A stretch of DNA of 46,363 nt, counting the filler, from Catajapyx aquilonaris (taxonomy: Eukaryota), in the NCBI GenBank assembly GCA_000934665.2. It is 2 parts of 2 records of this genome, joined end to end, with 100 filler letters (N's around TTAATTAATTAA, not from the genome) between each part and the next. Parts side by side here need not be neighbours in the genome. Positions count along the whole stretch, not along the records: positions 1 to 23,146 come from JYFJ02005730.1; 1 more part is not named here. One strand, written 5' to 3'. This document shows positions 1 to 10,405 of this stretch, one piece after another; position 1 is the first letter of the stretch; each line of letters opens with the position of its first letter. Both the position numbers and the translations under genes were made by a program. Under the pieces are notes generated by a model. The model had not been told where the DNA came from. It ran no database searches and worked only from the letters and a program-made list of their open reading frames with translations.

Positions 1-702
1 ACTCGGGCACTGCCTTGTCTGGCCATGGTCCCTGCTGGTGGCAAGGGGTCCACTACAATATTATATATAATAAGATTACGCTTCTGCTCACCCTTCACAC
101 GGATGTGGAGACTTGACACGTCCACTCCTTGAACCATGGCTTGATCGAACAGAACTTCCTGACATTTCTGGAGGAAGGAGGGTCGACTGTTGTTGATGTA
201 CTCCTCTAGGTCATGCGGGAAGCGTCTGTGGACGCTGCTGATGGCTTCGGCTATGGTAGCGACTAGGTGGAACAGACTAGCGGTCTCCAGCGACTCCGGT
301 TGGAGGTAAACAGGCATGGCTGCAACACAACAAAAGCCTCGACATTATTTCAAAATAATGTCGAGGCTTTTGTTGTGTTGCAGCCATGCCTGTTTACCTC
401 CAACCCGAGTCGCTGGAGACCGCTAGTCTGTTCCACCTAGTCGCTACCATAGCCGAAGCCATCAGGAGTGTCCACAGACGCTTCCCGCATGACCTAGAGG
501 AGTACATCAACAACAGTCGACCCTCCTTCCTCCAGAAATGTCAGGAAGTTCTGTTCGATCAAGCCATGGTTCAAGGAGTGGACGTGTCAAGTCTCCACAT
601 CCGCGTGAAGGGTGAGCAGAAGCGTAATCTTATTATATATAATATTGTAGTGGACCCCTTGCCACCAGCAGGGACCATGGCCAGACAAGGCAGTGCCCGA
701 GT
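1..702. repeat. Near-perfect long palindrome (350-bp arms, 2-nt loop at 351-352); left arm runs off the window
   Basis: 1-350 is the reverse complement of 353-702 with 4 mismatches found by manual comparison; centre GACATTATTT-CA-AAATAATGTC. Confidence 0.97.
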
Positions 703-727
703 TCCAGAACACGTCAGTTCTCTCTAA
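386..727 (+). CDS. Unrecognised ORF/exon in the palindrome right arm (mirror copy starts at 317 on the minus strand)
   Basis: 113-aa ORF preceded by an acceptor-like TTTTGTTGTGTTGCAG. Possible 39-nt in-frame intron at 612-650 (GTGAG...TTGTAG). All 4 arm differences fall at third codon positions. No homolog recognised. Confidence 0.4.
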   Translation: MPVYLQPESLETASLFHLVATIAEAIRSVHRRFPHDLEEYINNSRPSFLQKCQEVLFDQAMVQGVDVSSLHIRVKGEQKRNLIIYNIVVDPLPPAGTMARQGSARVPEHVSSL

Positions 728-1084
728 CATTTTATTCTAGACCGAACACTATTCTTGTTGCTACACAACAATAACACAATGTGGCCAACAGGACCACTAC
801 AATATAATTATAATTGGCTAGGTGTGTTTGTGGGGTGGGAGGCATGGGTTTGCTTGGGGAGGGGGGTGTGGGCTACCAAAGGAGTCTTACATGTGTCGTA
901 CTCTCACCAGTGATCATCCCAACTTGAATATCAACATTTGCACTGAGCAAGGTGGGGCGATTTGCATGTTGGGTGTACCCATCATAATGATGACATATAT
1001 GGAGGGGGTCTCGCTTAAGAGGCCCAATCTTCCTTAGTATTATACTAGCCAACAGGACTGATATGGCCACATGTAGTTCACATG

Positions 1085-1479
1085 TAGGGCTACAACATAC
1101 GTGAAAACCAGCGAAAAATAAAGGTGTATAATTTTAAAAATTAAATGTTTAAAATTTGCAATTTCAATCTTTTTAACGCAAAAATTTAAAATTTTAAAAT
1201 TAACCATAGAATACGATTATATCAACCTTTCTGATGAGTAAATTGATATCAAAAGCACATCTGTCTCACGATTAGTTGCGGGGAAACAGCCAAAAGAAAA
1301 ATGGCTCTCAAAGAAAAGGCTCAAAATTACCACGCCCCAAAAAACGGGTAAAAATCAAAATATTTCAAAACGCTTTGGTACAATGTTTTAGCAGCGCTAG
1401 GTCACCATAACCTGTAAATATCATTCAAATCCGCCACATCAAGGGTACAAAGGGGGCCCCACTGACATGGAATGACCCC
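1085..1479. mobile_element. Probable right end of a DNA transposon (terminus reads GGGTCATTCCATGTCAG on minus); left boundary approximate
   Basis: AT-rich subterminal-like sequence ending CTGACATGGAATGACCCC, similar to the terminus CTGAAATGGAACCACCC ending at 27211. Confidence 0.4.
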
Positions 1480-1613
1480 TATTAGAAACACATAACTTTG
1501 TCAAATATATTGCTCAATTTTCATGAGACCAGTTTCATTTTGTTAGCTGCTTTAGGCGTGTATTCGCTTTGCGAGGTGCTAGGGCTCGGCACCTCCCCGT
1601 GGGGCCCCACTTG

Positions 1614-1761
1614 TGCTGTGGAACTGACATCTCCATAAGTTCAGTGCCTCTTATGGCACAGCTATGCACTAACGCCTATAGAGCCGTATAGAGCTGTAGG
1701 CGTTAGTGCATAGTTGTGCCATAAGAGGCGCTGGACTTATGGAGATGCGAGTTCCACAGCA
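1614..1761 (+). repeat. 68-bp-stem hairpin (small foldback or hairpin-RNA candidate)
   Basis: 1614-1681 pairs with 1694-1761: 62 Watson-Crick pairs, 4 G:T pairs, 2 mismatches, 12-nt loop. Confidence 0.9.
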
Positions 1762-2286
1762 GGATTCCATTGCACATATATTAGCACCACTGACGGAAGA
1801 GATAACGGCACACCTTTTTCTATTGCCCTGGGATAGAAGTGTCCCTGGGCTGGTTAAAACACACATTTCCGTCCCCACAGCTAATGTCGTACAAGCACAC
1901 ATTGTTTGTTCCCCTCTGGACCCACTTAAAGCTGGTGGGAGGGACATGGGATTGAACCCAGGGCATACTCAGCTGCAGTGAAATGAGTGTGGGTCACTAA
2001 GGGGGTTCAAGGTCACATGGCGCGGGGCCACCCAGAAGCGCGGGGCTCCGGGCGGTCGCCCGGACTGCCCACCCCTAAGGCCGGCTCTGATTCAGAGGCA
2101 ACATTATGGAATAATTTGGATCCTCATGCTGTATAACAAGATGAGAAATGTGATGTGGAAGTTTGTTGTCAAGTTTCCTTCTCTTTATTACCTTTGGAAA
2201 TGTTCAAGGTATCCTACAACAAATTACCAGATAATCATATGCAAGGGAGATGGGAATTCATTTCTAATGGATTTTCTTGGATATAT

Positions 2287-2891
2287 GAAGGGCTTGGGAG
2301 AAAAACCTGATAACCTCCAGTGAAAAATGCAAGTCTCGGCCTGACTTTTTTCCATGGAAACAAATGAAGCACGGAAGGTGTCCTCTGGTAGGGAGTACCT
2401 TCATCAGTATTCGTGAATTTTCTCCCACCTCCAGAGAGAGTCAGTCGCTGGCAGTCAGCCTGTGAGTGACCGAGGGTACTCGGCGCCCATTGAATTTTCA
2501 TTTCCCGCGAAAATGACGGAACAACTTCACCCGGGTACGACCCACGACTCGTCACCAGTCATGACAGTGTTCAGGAAGTCAGGGTCAGCGTGTGAGGAGA
2601 CCAGAATGTCCTGCGAGACTTGCAGCTCCGTCGGCATGTATCTTTGGCACGAATTGAACGTCTCAGGAGTAAAATGTGTTAACCGGCATGCGGCAGTGGG
2701 CTCATAGGCTGACTGCTGTGACTAGTGCTCTCTGCAGGCGGGGAAATATTCAGGAATACTCATGAAGGTACTCCACATCTACCCACAGATGGACACCCCC
2801 TGTGCTTCATTTGTTTCCTCTGAAAAAAATCAGACTGAGAACTTGTTGCAATTATCACTTTCGGTTATCAGGTTTTTCTCCCAAGCCCTCC
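2287..2891. mobile_element. Non-autonomous DNA transposon (MITE) with ~190-bp degenerate TIRs
   Basis: AGGGCTTGGGAGAAAAACCTGATAACC ... GGTTATCAGGTTTTTCTCCCAAGCCCT; ATAT on both flanks; arms pair inward to about 2466/2701. Confidence 0.85.
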
Positions 2892-3075
2892 ATATCACCC
2901 CGAACTGCTTGACTACCCTTTAGAGTCGCAGCATATTATGTTGCCCAATGCAGTTTATCACTTGAATTAATTATCATACCTCTGTGCCTATGTGTAGGAC
3001 AGAGAACCTTCGATAATTCAGGTTTTCATTTTTGCCGATACTTACTGCCATGTTTAATTTAATCACTTGCTCCAG

Positions 3076-3418
3076 GATGCTGCAAATTCTGCCAGTCTTG
3101 GTTGTGCTTACCGTGCCAAGCATACTCTGGTGGGGCCTGATTCCTGCTCTTTCCATGAAGCGACCAAATCAGCACCTGAATTTAAACTTGTGTGTACACC
3201 CAGCAAAGATGCAGCTCAGGTTGGTTGGCTCTTAACATGAACATGAAGGGTTAATATCCTTCACCCAAGTTTAACATCACTGATATGTTACCAAAGTATG
3301 AGCATCGAATTCATGGCTTTCTTTTCTCAATTCATTTCAGATCTACAATGCAATGGTGGTAAACTATAGACGTTTGGAGGAATTGGTTGTGAACGATAAA
3401 GCCTGCCAAAGATTCTAA
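3076..3418 (+). CDS. XYLB: Xylulose kinase (FGGY carbohydrate kinase family), last two coding exons 3076-3219 and 3341-3418
   Basis: Spliced translation DAANSASLGCAYRAKHTLVGPDSCSFHEATKSAPEFKLVCTPSKDAAQ|IYNAMVVNYRRLEELVVNDKACQRF* matches the recalled eukaryotic xylulokinase C-terminus (ANSAxxGxAYRAxH...P..A..Y......Y..LE). Canonical AG/GT sites, phase 0. Earlier exons were not found in 1-3075. Not in the supplied ORF track. Confidence 0.88.
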
Positions 3419-3954
3419 TTGTTCCCATTGAGTGCTTTGTGAGGATGCAATAACACTATCGTATTGATCAGAAGATTGCTTCTGGTCATCCTGTTACCTG
3501 CTAGCATAAGACACCTGGAAGGAGGTGTACAGGGTGGTGGTACTTATCATTCCTGGGTGCTTTGTCTTGCCAATGTGCATTTTCACACTTTTTTTATGTT
3601 TCTGGGTCAATTTCCCATTGCCTACCTGTGTTTGCGTTGAGCTTTAGCTGGAGCTTTGATATGAGCTCAAAACTTGTAGCTCCTAACAAAGTTAAAATTG
3701 TGTTAAAATCCCATTCATATGAATGCATTGAAATAGCTTTTCTGTTCTAAAAAACCAGTCACATTCTTGCACATGAGGTCTGTCTTGTTGAGGACCTACT
3801 TAGTGCTGGCTGCAGTTGAAAGTGATATTGTTACACTGCAACAAATGTTTATTTTTATAATGGTTGTGTTGTTCCCACTTAAAAAAAAAAATACACATCA
3901 AAACCATCAATGTTGGTGTAACAGTGTTACTGATATCAATGTATTTCTGATTAG

Positions 3955-4662
3955 TAGAGTCCGAATTTTTAGGCACGAAAAAACTCCGAAATAGGAACAA
4001 AAAAACCTTCAAATGGGCACTTAAATAGGCACAAAAAGTTTACTTTTTTGGGCATATGTAGGATTATTGTTACAGAAAATAAAAAAAGCCAGAATAATTT
4101 TATAGGCCTAAAGTATAAATATAAGGTCACAAACCAGAGCAAAAACCAAATAACAACAATAAACTGACAGAAAATCACAAAACTTGGGCAAAAGACACAG
4201 AGTGCAAGCAAGTATCACTTGCTCTGGACTCTACCGCTTATAGCCAGTTTCCACGTGCACCAGACTTGCACAATATGTTGCCAAATATTTTTCCAATCAG
4301 AGGAAAATTTAGACAAATATTTGGCATAAATACGTGTCACAGAAACATGATGCGTATTACTTCTGAACGATTTTGGTCTTTTCAGGAGCAGAAATGAATA
4401 CTCCTCAAAAAACCAAACATGCCTCTGAAGGAATAGGCCCAAAAAGTCCCGAAATTACTGCAAAAAGTTCAAAAACTATCCCAAAAAAGGCCAAATAGGC
4501 ATGAAAAGGCAAAATAGTTCCCAAAACCACGAAATATGCCATTTTAGGTCCTATAAAACATACATTTTCCACATCCTGCACTTGTGAAACGGATAGATCT
4601 CTTCACAAAACGATCCCAACTGTTCAGAAACTTAATAGGCATTTGCCTAAAAATCCGGACTA
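3955..4662. mobile_element. hAT-like MITE with 8-bp target-site duplication
   Basis: TIR TAGAGTCCGAATTTTTAGGCA / TGCCTAAAAATCCGGACTA; CTGATTAG on both flanks (3947-3954, 4663-4670); many internal AATAGGC/AGGCA subterminal motifs. Confidence 0.8.
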
Positions 4663-5583
4663 CTGATTAGTATGATTTATTGATCTGTCAGAAAGTAAGA
4701 CATTCTTGGGTTATAAAATGTTGAGAGAGTTAACCATCCCCAGAAAACTACATTGTAACATGATGACTGACCTCTCTTCCTTTTGAAGATGCAAGGTGCT
4801 AATGAATCCTAGGCTGTCCATATATTGCCAGGGAGCTGACTGTTGCTGCAATTGTTACATTGTACATCTCCAAGATGAGTAGGTCAAGCAGATGCTGTTG
4901 GTTAGGAAAATCATGGCTATGTGGCTCGCCATGGAGCAGAAAGCTGACGCAGAACTGCAGGCTCGGTGAGCTAGGTATCTCATGTGCGGCTTTTTCTGAC
5001 ACAACATGGTTGGTTGCCATCTTTCCTCCTCCTGTCTACTTCCCTCCTGGGCTGGCCCCCTCACCCTATCAATGCCAACCGGCCTAGTATAGACTACCCG
5101 ATCCAAAAGGCCTTAGCCAGGCCCGTTACAGGACCAGATCAGGACTGTCCAATGTAAGTGTAGCGACTGCATGGGAGTAACCCGGTGTGTCTTGTGTAGG
5201 TGGCCTTAGCTAGGCCGATTTTTCGCGATTTTTAGTCCCATATAAACATAGTGATCGAGAGAATCAATTGAAAGTCCTACCATGGGAGGAAAATTCTCTG
5301 TTCAACTTGGGGATCAAACTCAGGACCTCAGGTGGAGGAAGCCTGTGCCACTAGCCATTTGCACCAATCATCCCTACCAATATGTTTCATCATGTTGCAG
5401 TGTTTTTTTTTTCCTGGGGGGGAAGGGGGTGTTCTAACAAGAATATGTTAATAAAGTGAACATATGAAAATTAACATAATGGTTGATGTATGATTTCCTA
5501 TGACTGGATATTGTCATCATATACAGTATACTCCTGAACCGGTTTCCTCCATACACTACGGTGTTCGAGGGGAAATAAAACCA

Positions 5584-5659
<76 letters not shown>

Positions 5660-5660
5660 T
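5584..5660. repeat. (TTA)n microsatellite
   Basis: About 25 tandem TTA units. Confidence 0.97.
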
Positions 5661-6057
5661 ACACCCTTGAGGCCTTCTGGCCTATGTAGGGGGGAGATTT
5701 TTTCCACCATTTTCTGACTCTCCAGTGCTGGGATAGAGGGGGGGACAGTGGTGCAAGTGCAATGTCTCATGGTGGAGGACGTGTGCAGTCCCTCAGAGGG
5801 CTAGGTTGACAAGACGACCCTCTAGATGCGGGTCAGAGACCTCCCACAAACGCCGCACCTCCTCCAGTATGGGACAGGGATAGGAAAGGCAGGAAGCGGC
5901 TGTGGCCTTCTAATTTAGGAAACAACTCTGGTATTCACCTGGGGTGACCGTGGGAAACCACAGAAAACCACGGTCAGAGTTGCCGGCCTGGGGATTCGAT
6001 CCCTGGACCTCCCGATTCGCAGCCGGATACCAAATCCCCTCGGCTACTGCTGCTTCG

Positions 6058-6059
<2 letters not shown>
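5661..6059 (-). mobile_element. tRNA-headed SINE, family A head with a longer body, embedded in TTA arrays
   Basis: 5871-6059 closely matches 13863-14048 and 43673-43860 (GGAAGCGGCTGTGGCC...CCGTGGGAAACCACAGAAAA...GACCTCCCGATT...CTGCTTCGGT); B-box-like motif on minus. Confidence 0.85.

Positions 6060-6114
<55 letters not shown>
6059..6114. repeat. (TTA)n microsatellite
   Basis: About 18 tandem units. Confidence 0.95.
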
Positions 6115-6115
<1 letters not shown>

Positions 6116-6451
6116 TCCCCAACTGCATAAACACACATAAATATAATATTTAACTCTTAGTTTTGGAAAGATGCTGAGGAGAAATGAATGGTAAGGCATC
6201 AAGAAAGTAAAATCCCTTAGTAACACACTGCTATCAAAGAATTAGCTAACTTACTCTCATATGGTATTACAAGCTTATAACTATCAAGGGCAGCCCTCTT
6301 GAGAAGAAAAGAGACAGCAAAATTGTGAATCAGGTGTATGAATTAATAAAAGCAAGGGAATCATTGCTTTGTGGGAGCAAAATATTGGGCTAGCACTTCA
6401 GATATTGGGAATAAATAACTTACTGGGTATATGCTTTTGCTCCTACATTTA

Positions 6452-6576
6452 GGGCCGGTTTCACCGAGCTTGGTATATGATAAAACCAGGTTTCTTTAGG
6501 AAAATCCATACAAATAGATAGGGATTTTGAGAAATACCCTGGTTTTATCACATACTGAGCTCGGTGAAACCGGCCC
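6452..6576. mobile_element. PIF/Harbinger-like MITE
   Basis: ~38-bp TIR GGGCCGGTTTCACCGAGCT... / ...AGCTCGGTGAAACCGGCCC; flanks TTA and ATA. Confidence 0.85.
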
Positions 6577-6643
6577 ATAGTAGTGTGGGGGCTGCATGCT
6601 GGTAGCTGACTTCATTTCTGACAGATTATTACCATATAATGTA

Positions 6644-6855
6644 CACCCGCGAGCATAAAGATGGAGACGGCCGGCCCTCACCTTCGGCAGGCTGCTCTGT
6701 CAATCTCAACAATTACGGTATCAAATATACTGTCATAAATACACGAACACATGCCTGAAGCAGCAAACTCGGTCCAAAAAATAGTTCATTAATTTGAGTC
6801 TGATAAAAAAAGGTCAAAAAAGGGCCTGCCGTCTCCATCTTTATGTTCGCGGGGG
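6644..6855. mobile_element. TA-flanked MITE (Tc1/mariner type)
   Basis: 35-bp TIR CACCCGCGAGCATAAAGATGGAGACGGCCGGCCCT / AGGGCCTGCCGTCTCCATCTTTATGTTCGCGGGGG; TA on both sides. Confidence 0.85.
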
Positions 6856-6868
6856 TACCGTATTACCT

Positions 6869-7580
6869 CACTTAAAGCAGCAGCATGCCAGTGTAGTCAA
6901 GGTTTTTAGAAATGCACGAGCTGGTGGCTATACCGGCATGCTGGTCTAAGCGAGGTATGCCAGTATAAGGTTAGGTTTTCAACAGCATCATCACGAGCTC
7001 TGTGAAAATTATTATTACTCAAATGAATGCATTACACCATGTTATATGGTGTGGATACAGCCCAGGACACTTATACTTCTTGACACATCCCATAAGATTG
7101 TTAAGGGAAGCATACCTATCAGGATCAAGATCAGGATATTTCGTATGATGGGTTCGAATTTTATTATCTGAGTAACGAGGCTTCTCAGACAAATTGATAC
7201 GACTACACAAAATGATCCTCTGAATGCCAACTAGATCTGCAACCAGCAAACTGTTGAGCAAAAGGAAGAGCTGAAGGAAATTGCCTTGATCCTTTGTAAT
7301 GTTTAGGGGGCATTCCCCTCTCAGAGCAGGCCGAATATGGGATTGGTCACACTCTATGCCCTGTGAAACAGCATATTCTCACAGCCCTGTCTGCCTGTAC
7401 TCGCACATTATTCACTGTAACATTATTTTAGTGCAGTACCAGATGCGCTAAAAAAAATCAAATCAAAAAAAGGATCAGAATTATGGAAAGCTAACCCAAT
7501 TGTCGCAGCATGCTGGCTACTCCCGTGTTATCCCGGCATGCTGGTTGACCTCATTTTATACCGGCATGCCACTTTAAGTG
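6869..7580. mobile_element. Degenerate TIR element with CACT termini
   Basis: CACTTAAAG..GCATGCC at left, GGCATGCCACTTTAAGTG at right; repeated CCGGCATGCTGG motifs near both ends; no clear TSD. Confidence 0.45.
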
Positions 7581-7916
7581 ATGTAATACAGTACTGTAGT
7601 GTCCTGGCTACCAGGTTGTTGTCTGTTGCCCTGGTTGCCAGGACACTGATGTTGTTGATGTTTGATAAATGTTAGTTCTTGTTCTACCGTCCTCCTGGAC
7701 GGATGTGATGTACAGTACCTATTGTCCTGAATAGAAGTCCACAGTGGTGGTTTTACCCTTTCCCCGGCGTGTTTCCGTGTGTTATTTTGGTGGTGTCTCT
7801 TACGCCTCATCGTGAGGCACTACAGTACTAATAATTTATTGATTCAAATATTGGTATGTAGCTTGATTCCTGGCATACGTAAGTGATTAGTAGATATTGC
7901 ATGGAATTCAATATAT

Positions 7917-8341
7917 CAGGGTGTATCTGAACTCAGTGCCCCGACGTATATGACTGCCTTCCTAGCCACCAGAGGATCGATTTAAGTATAGGAGTCATTA
8001 TGTCTGGGCAGCCTCATTACTGAGATACACTCTTTAGCGATTTTTGCCTAATCGCTCCTTCTGACTTTTAAATTGAATTTTCTGGTGTAACTAGCCAAAG
8101 AGGCCTTACCACCTGTGGGCAACAAACCAACAAAGTCCGGCCCCCAGACCTTCCAGAGCCTTCTGACTGGGGGAGGGTTCGATGGGTGGCCTAACCGACA
8201 GGATATTTTGTACTACATGTTTGCGGCCAATTATCTCCGTAATGCGGCGGCCAAACATAATGACTCCTATATTTAAATCGATCCTCTGGTGGCTAGGAAG
8301 GCAGTCATATACGTCGGGGCACTGAGTTCAGGTACACCCTG
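7917..8341. mobile_element. Tc1/mariner-type MITE (CAGGGTG ends, ~110-bp TIRs)
   Basis: CAGGGTGTATCTGAACTCAGTGCCCCGACGTATATGACTGCC... mirrored by ...GGCAGTCATATACGTCGGGGCACTGAGTTCAGGTACACCCTG followed by TA. Confidence 0.92.
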
Positions 8342-8598
8342 TATTATTATGCTTTGCTCTGCTACCAAGTATAAGTGCAACAATGTCCTTGCCCTCTGCA
8401 TTGGCCATACCAAGCTTTGGTATGGCCAATGCAGAGGGCATCATTCTAATTTTCATCATTTGGAAAATAATGAGCTTCTCCATAAAGGAGTTTGTAGGAA
8501 AGTTGATGGTCACCATGCAGAGGCATTCCTACCCTGATCTCAGGATATTGCATCATCTTCATATGACACCAAGAGCTAATAACAGTTATTAGCTCTTG

Positions 8599-8780
8599 AT
8601 GGCCAGTTTTGAGCATCGTGCTATCATCAAATATCTCATTTTGAAGAAGGTGAGCACTGTGGATATTTATAAGGACATGTAAAAGACATTGAGGGGTGGT
8701 TGTCCATCATACCCAATGGTTATAAGATTGATTGCACACTTCAACTGTCGGAAAGAGAGCCTGGAAGGTGACCCCTGCAA
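8599..8780 (+). pseudogene. Decayed mariner transposase N-terminal HTH fragment
   Basis: MASFEHRAIIKYLILKKVSTVDIYKDM*KTLRGGCPSYPMVIRLIAHFNCRKESLEGDP resembles the mariner N-terminus (RAVIKFL...PSY.TV..W...F..G..SLEDDP); contains an in-frame stop. Confidence 0.8.
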
Positions 8781-9271
8781 CTTATATGACAGGAAAACAT
8801 CTCTTCTGTGGAGACCATGGTAATGGATGACAAGGAAGAGGACCTAAAACTACCTTGCGTGTTCTTCATTTTATGGCTCAAAAAATTACGTGCTTTTCGA
8901 AGGTAAAATCAAGGGTTTAAAAAATATATAAAACCTCTTTCTATACTGGCATGCCACTGTTGTCTGTCCATGATAATACAGTAACAGAACTTGTGTGTAC
9001 ACATGTCTCCTGATGCAGATGTGAGCTAAATTATGAAACACAGCATGTTTTAGGAAGTTAAAAGAATTCAACATATCAGCATTATTTGCAAGTGTTTTAT
9101 TACACATATATTTTGCACATTTGTTTGCAAGATTTTTTTCTCTTAGGATTTTATTATACAATGCAAGAAAAGCCCGAGCTGTTGGGGACTCATGTCCCCA
9201 ACGCTATAGAAGTAAACCATGTACATCAGGAGAATTGCATGAGAGAAGCATTAGGAGCATATCACCACAGC

Positions 9272-10309
9272 CTAGAAGCAGTAGGGGTAGTTGGGGCAGG
9301 TGGATGGATTGACATCTGCGGGATATCCGCTGGCCCTGTATCCCACTGGCCCTTCCACACCAGTTCCACAGAATGGGTAGTTGGGGCAGGTCGATGGGTT
9401 GACTCCATCAGGGTAACGCTGGCCATAACCCAGATGCAAGCTGTTGCTGACGATGGGCAGAGGCACGTTGTAAGAGCAGTAGGGATAGTTGGGGCATTGG
9501 GCAGGGGACACACCAGCAGGGTATTGGGTCTGGGCAACAGCCACTGCCACCAAGGCAAAAAGGACCACCTGAAAAATGGAATAATTCAAGATTAGTACAT
9601 TGTGGCAAATGTAATCACTATAGCAAAATAATAAATGTGCATATCAGTGACAGGTCAGCAGCAATCAGACATGGCACATGCAATAAGTTTGAAAGTTTCC
9701 TTCTGAGGTATCACATTAGAATCAAGTTTTCATTATAATAGAAAGCTTTTAAATGTTTGTCCAGCATGAGTCATGTAAGTGTTGCACAGGCTACACTGCT
9801 GAATAAGATCTGTTTTGCTAATTATTCTTATTGCACATATTTACTGTACTACTGTATTTAAACATTCTGCTATTGCCTGCATCAAATTCTTATTACATAG
9901 TGTAACGAGAAGTTTTAGTAGCAGTTACACTCGATATTCAAAGTGCATTTTTAGCACTATCACCAAAGTCCTACAATAGGTCATGAATGGAAGTGGTGAT
10001 TGGTTAGAAAATACAATCCACAGTTTCAAAGTTTTAGATGTCCTATGCCTGCCTATATCCCTCACCATCAGTTTAAAAAATGCCTTATGTAGCAATATAC
10101 TTCATTATAAGTATGGTGGATTTTAACAACTGTGTACTACAAACGGAATGTAAATAGTGTGGACACTCATGCTGTTTATGTTATGTATCCTCGATACGAA
10201 AATACCATGATAATTATCCCAACACTGATATTTTCCCTCCAAATTAACTAGCAAGGTGGACCAAAATTGACTCTCAACAATGGAAGCAAATACTTACGAA
10301 TTTGTACAT
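9272..10309 (-). CDS. CPCFC: CPCFC-family cuticular protein, 102 aa, exons 10309-10298 and 9568-9272
   Basis: Exon 1 ATGTACAAATTC|GTAAGT (MYKF) joins TTTTTCAG|GTGGTC in phase 0, giving signal peptide MYKFVVLFALVAVAVA-Q and three YPxxVxPxxCPNYP[YF]C repeats (C-X5-C). Confidence 0.95.
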
Positions 10310-10364
10310 GGTAGTAGGTGGATGTGTCAGGTTGGCTCTGAAATGAAGATCGGTGGAAGCTCAC

Positions 10365-10405
10365 TGACTGAATGCTGCTTCATCGTCAACTCCGAACTTT
10401 ATAGG
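10365..10405 (-). promoter_or_regulatory. TATA box and arthropod initiator of the CPCFC gene
   Basis: On minus: CTATAAA (10404-10398), then GCATTCAGTCAGT (TCAGT Inr) about 30-34 nt downstream and ~60 nt before the ATG. Confidence 0.75.

Noticed and set aside
3032..3235. 67-aa hydrophobic ORF as a membrane peptide
   Set aside because: Alternative frame over the xylulose kinase exon.
5498..6226. Poly-Asn/Leu/Ile ORFs (also 24691-24916 and 43508-43711)
   Set aside because: Translations of (TTA)n microsatellites and SINE sequence.
9086..9595. 169-aa plus-strand ORF
   Set aside because: Antisense shadow of CPCFC exon 2.
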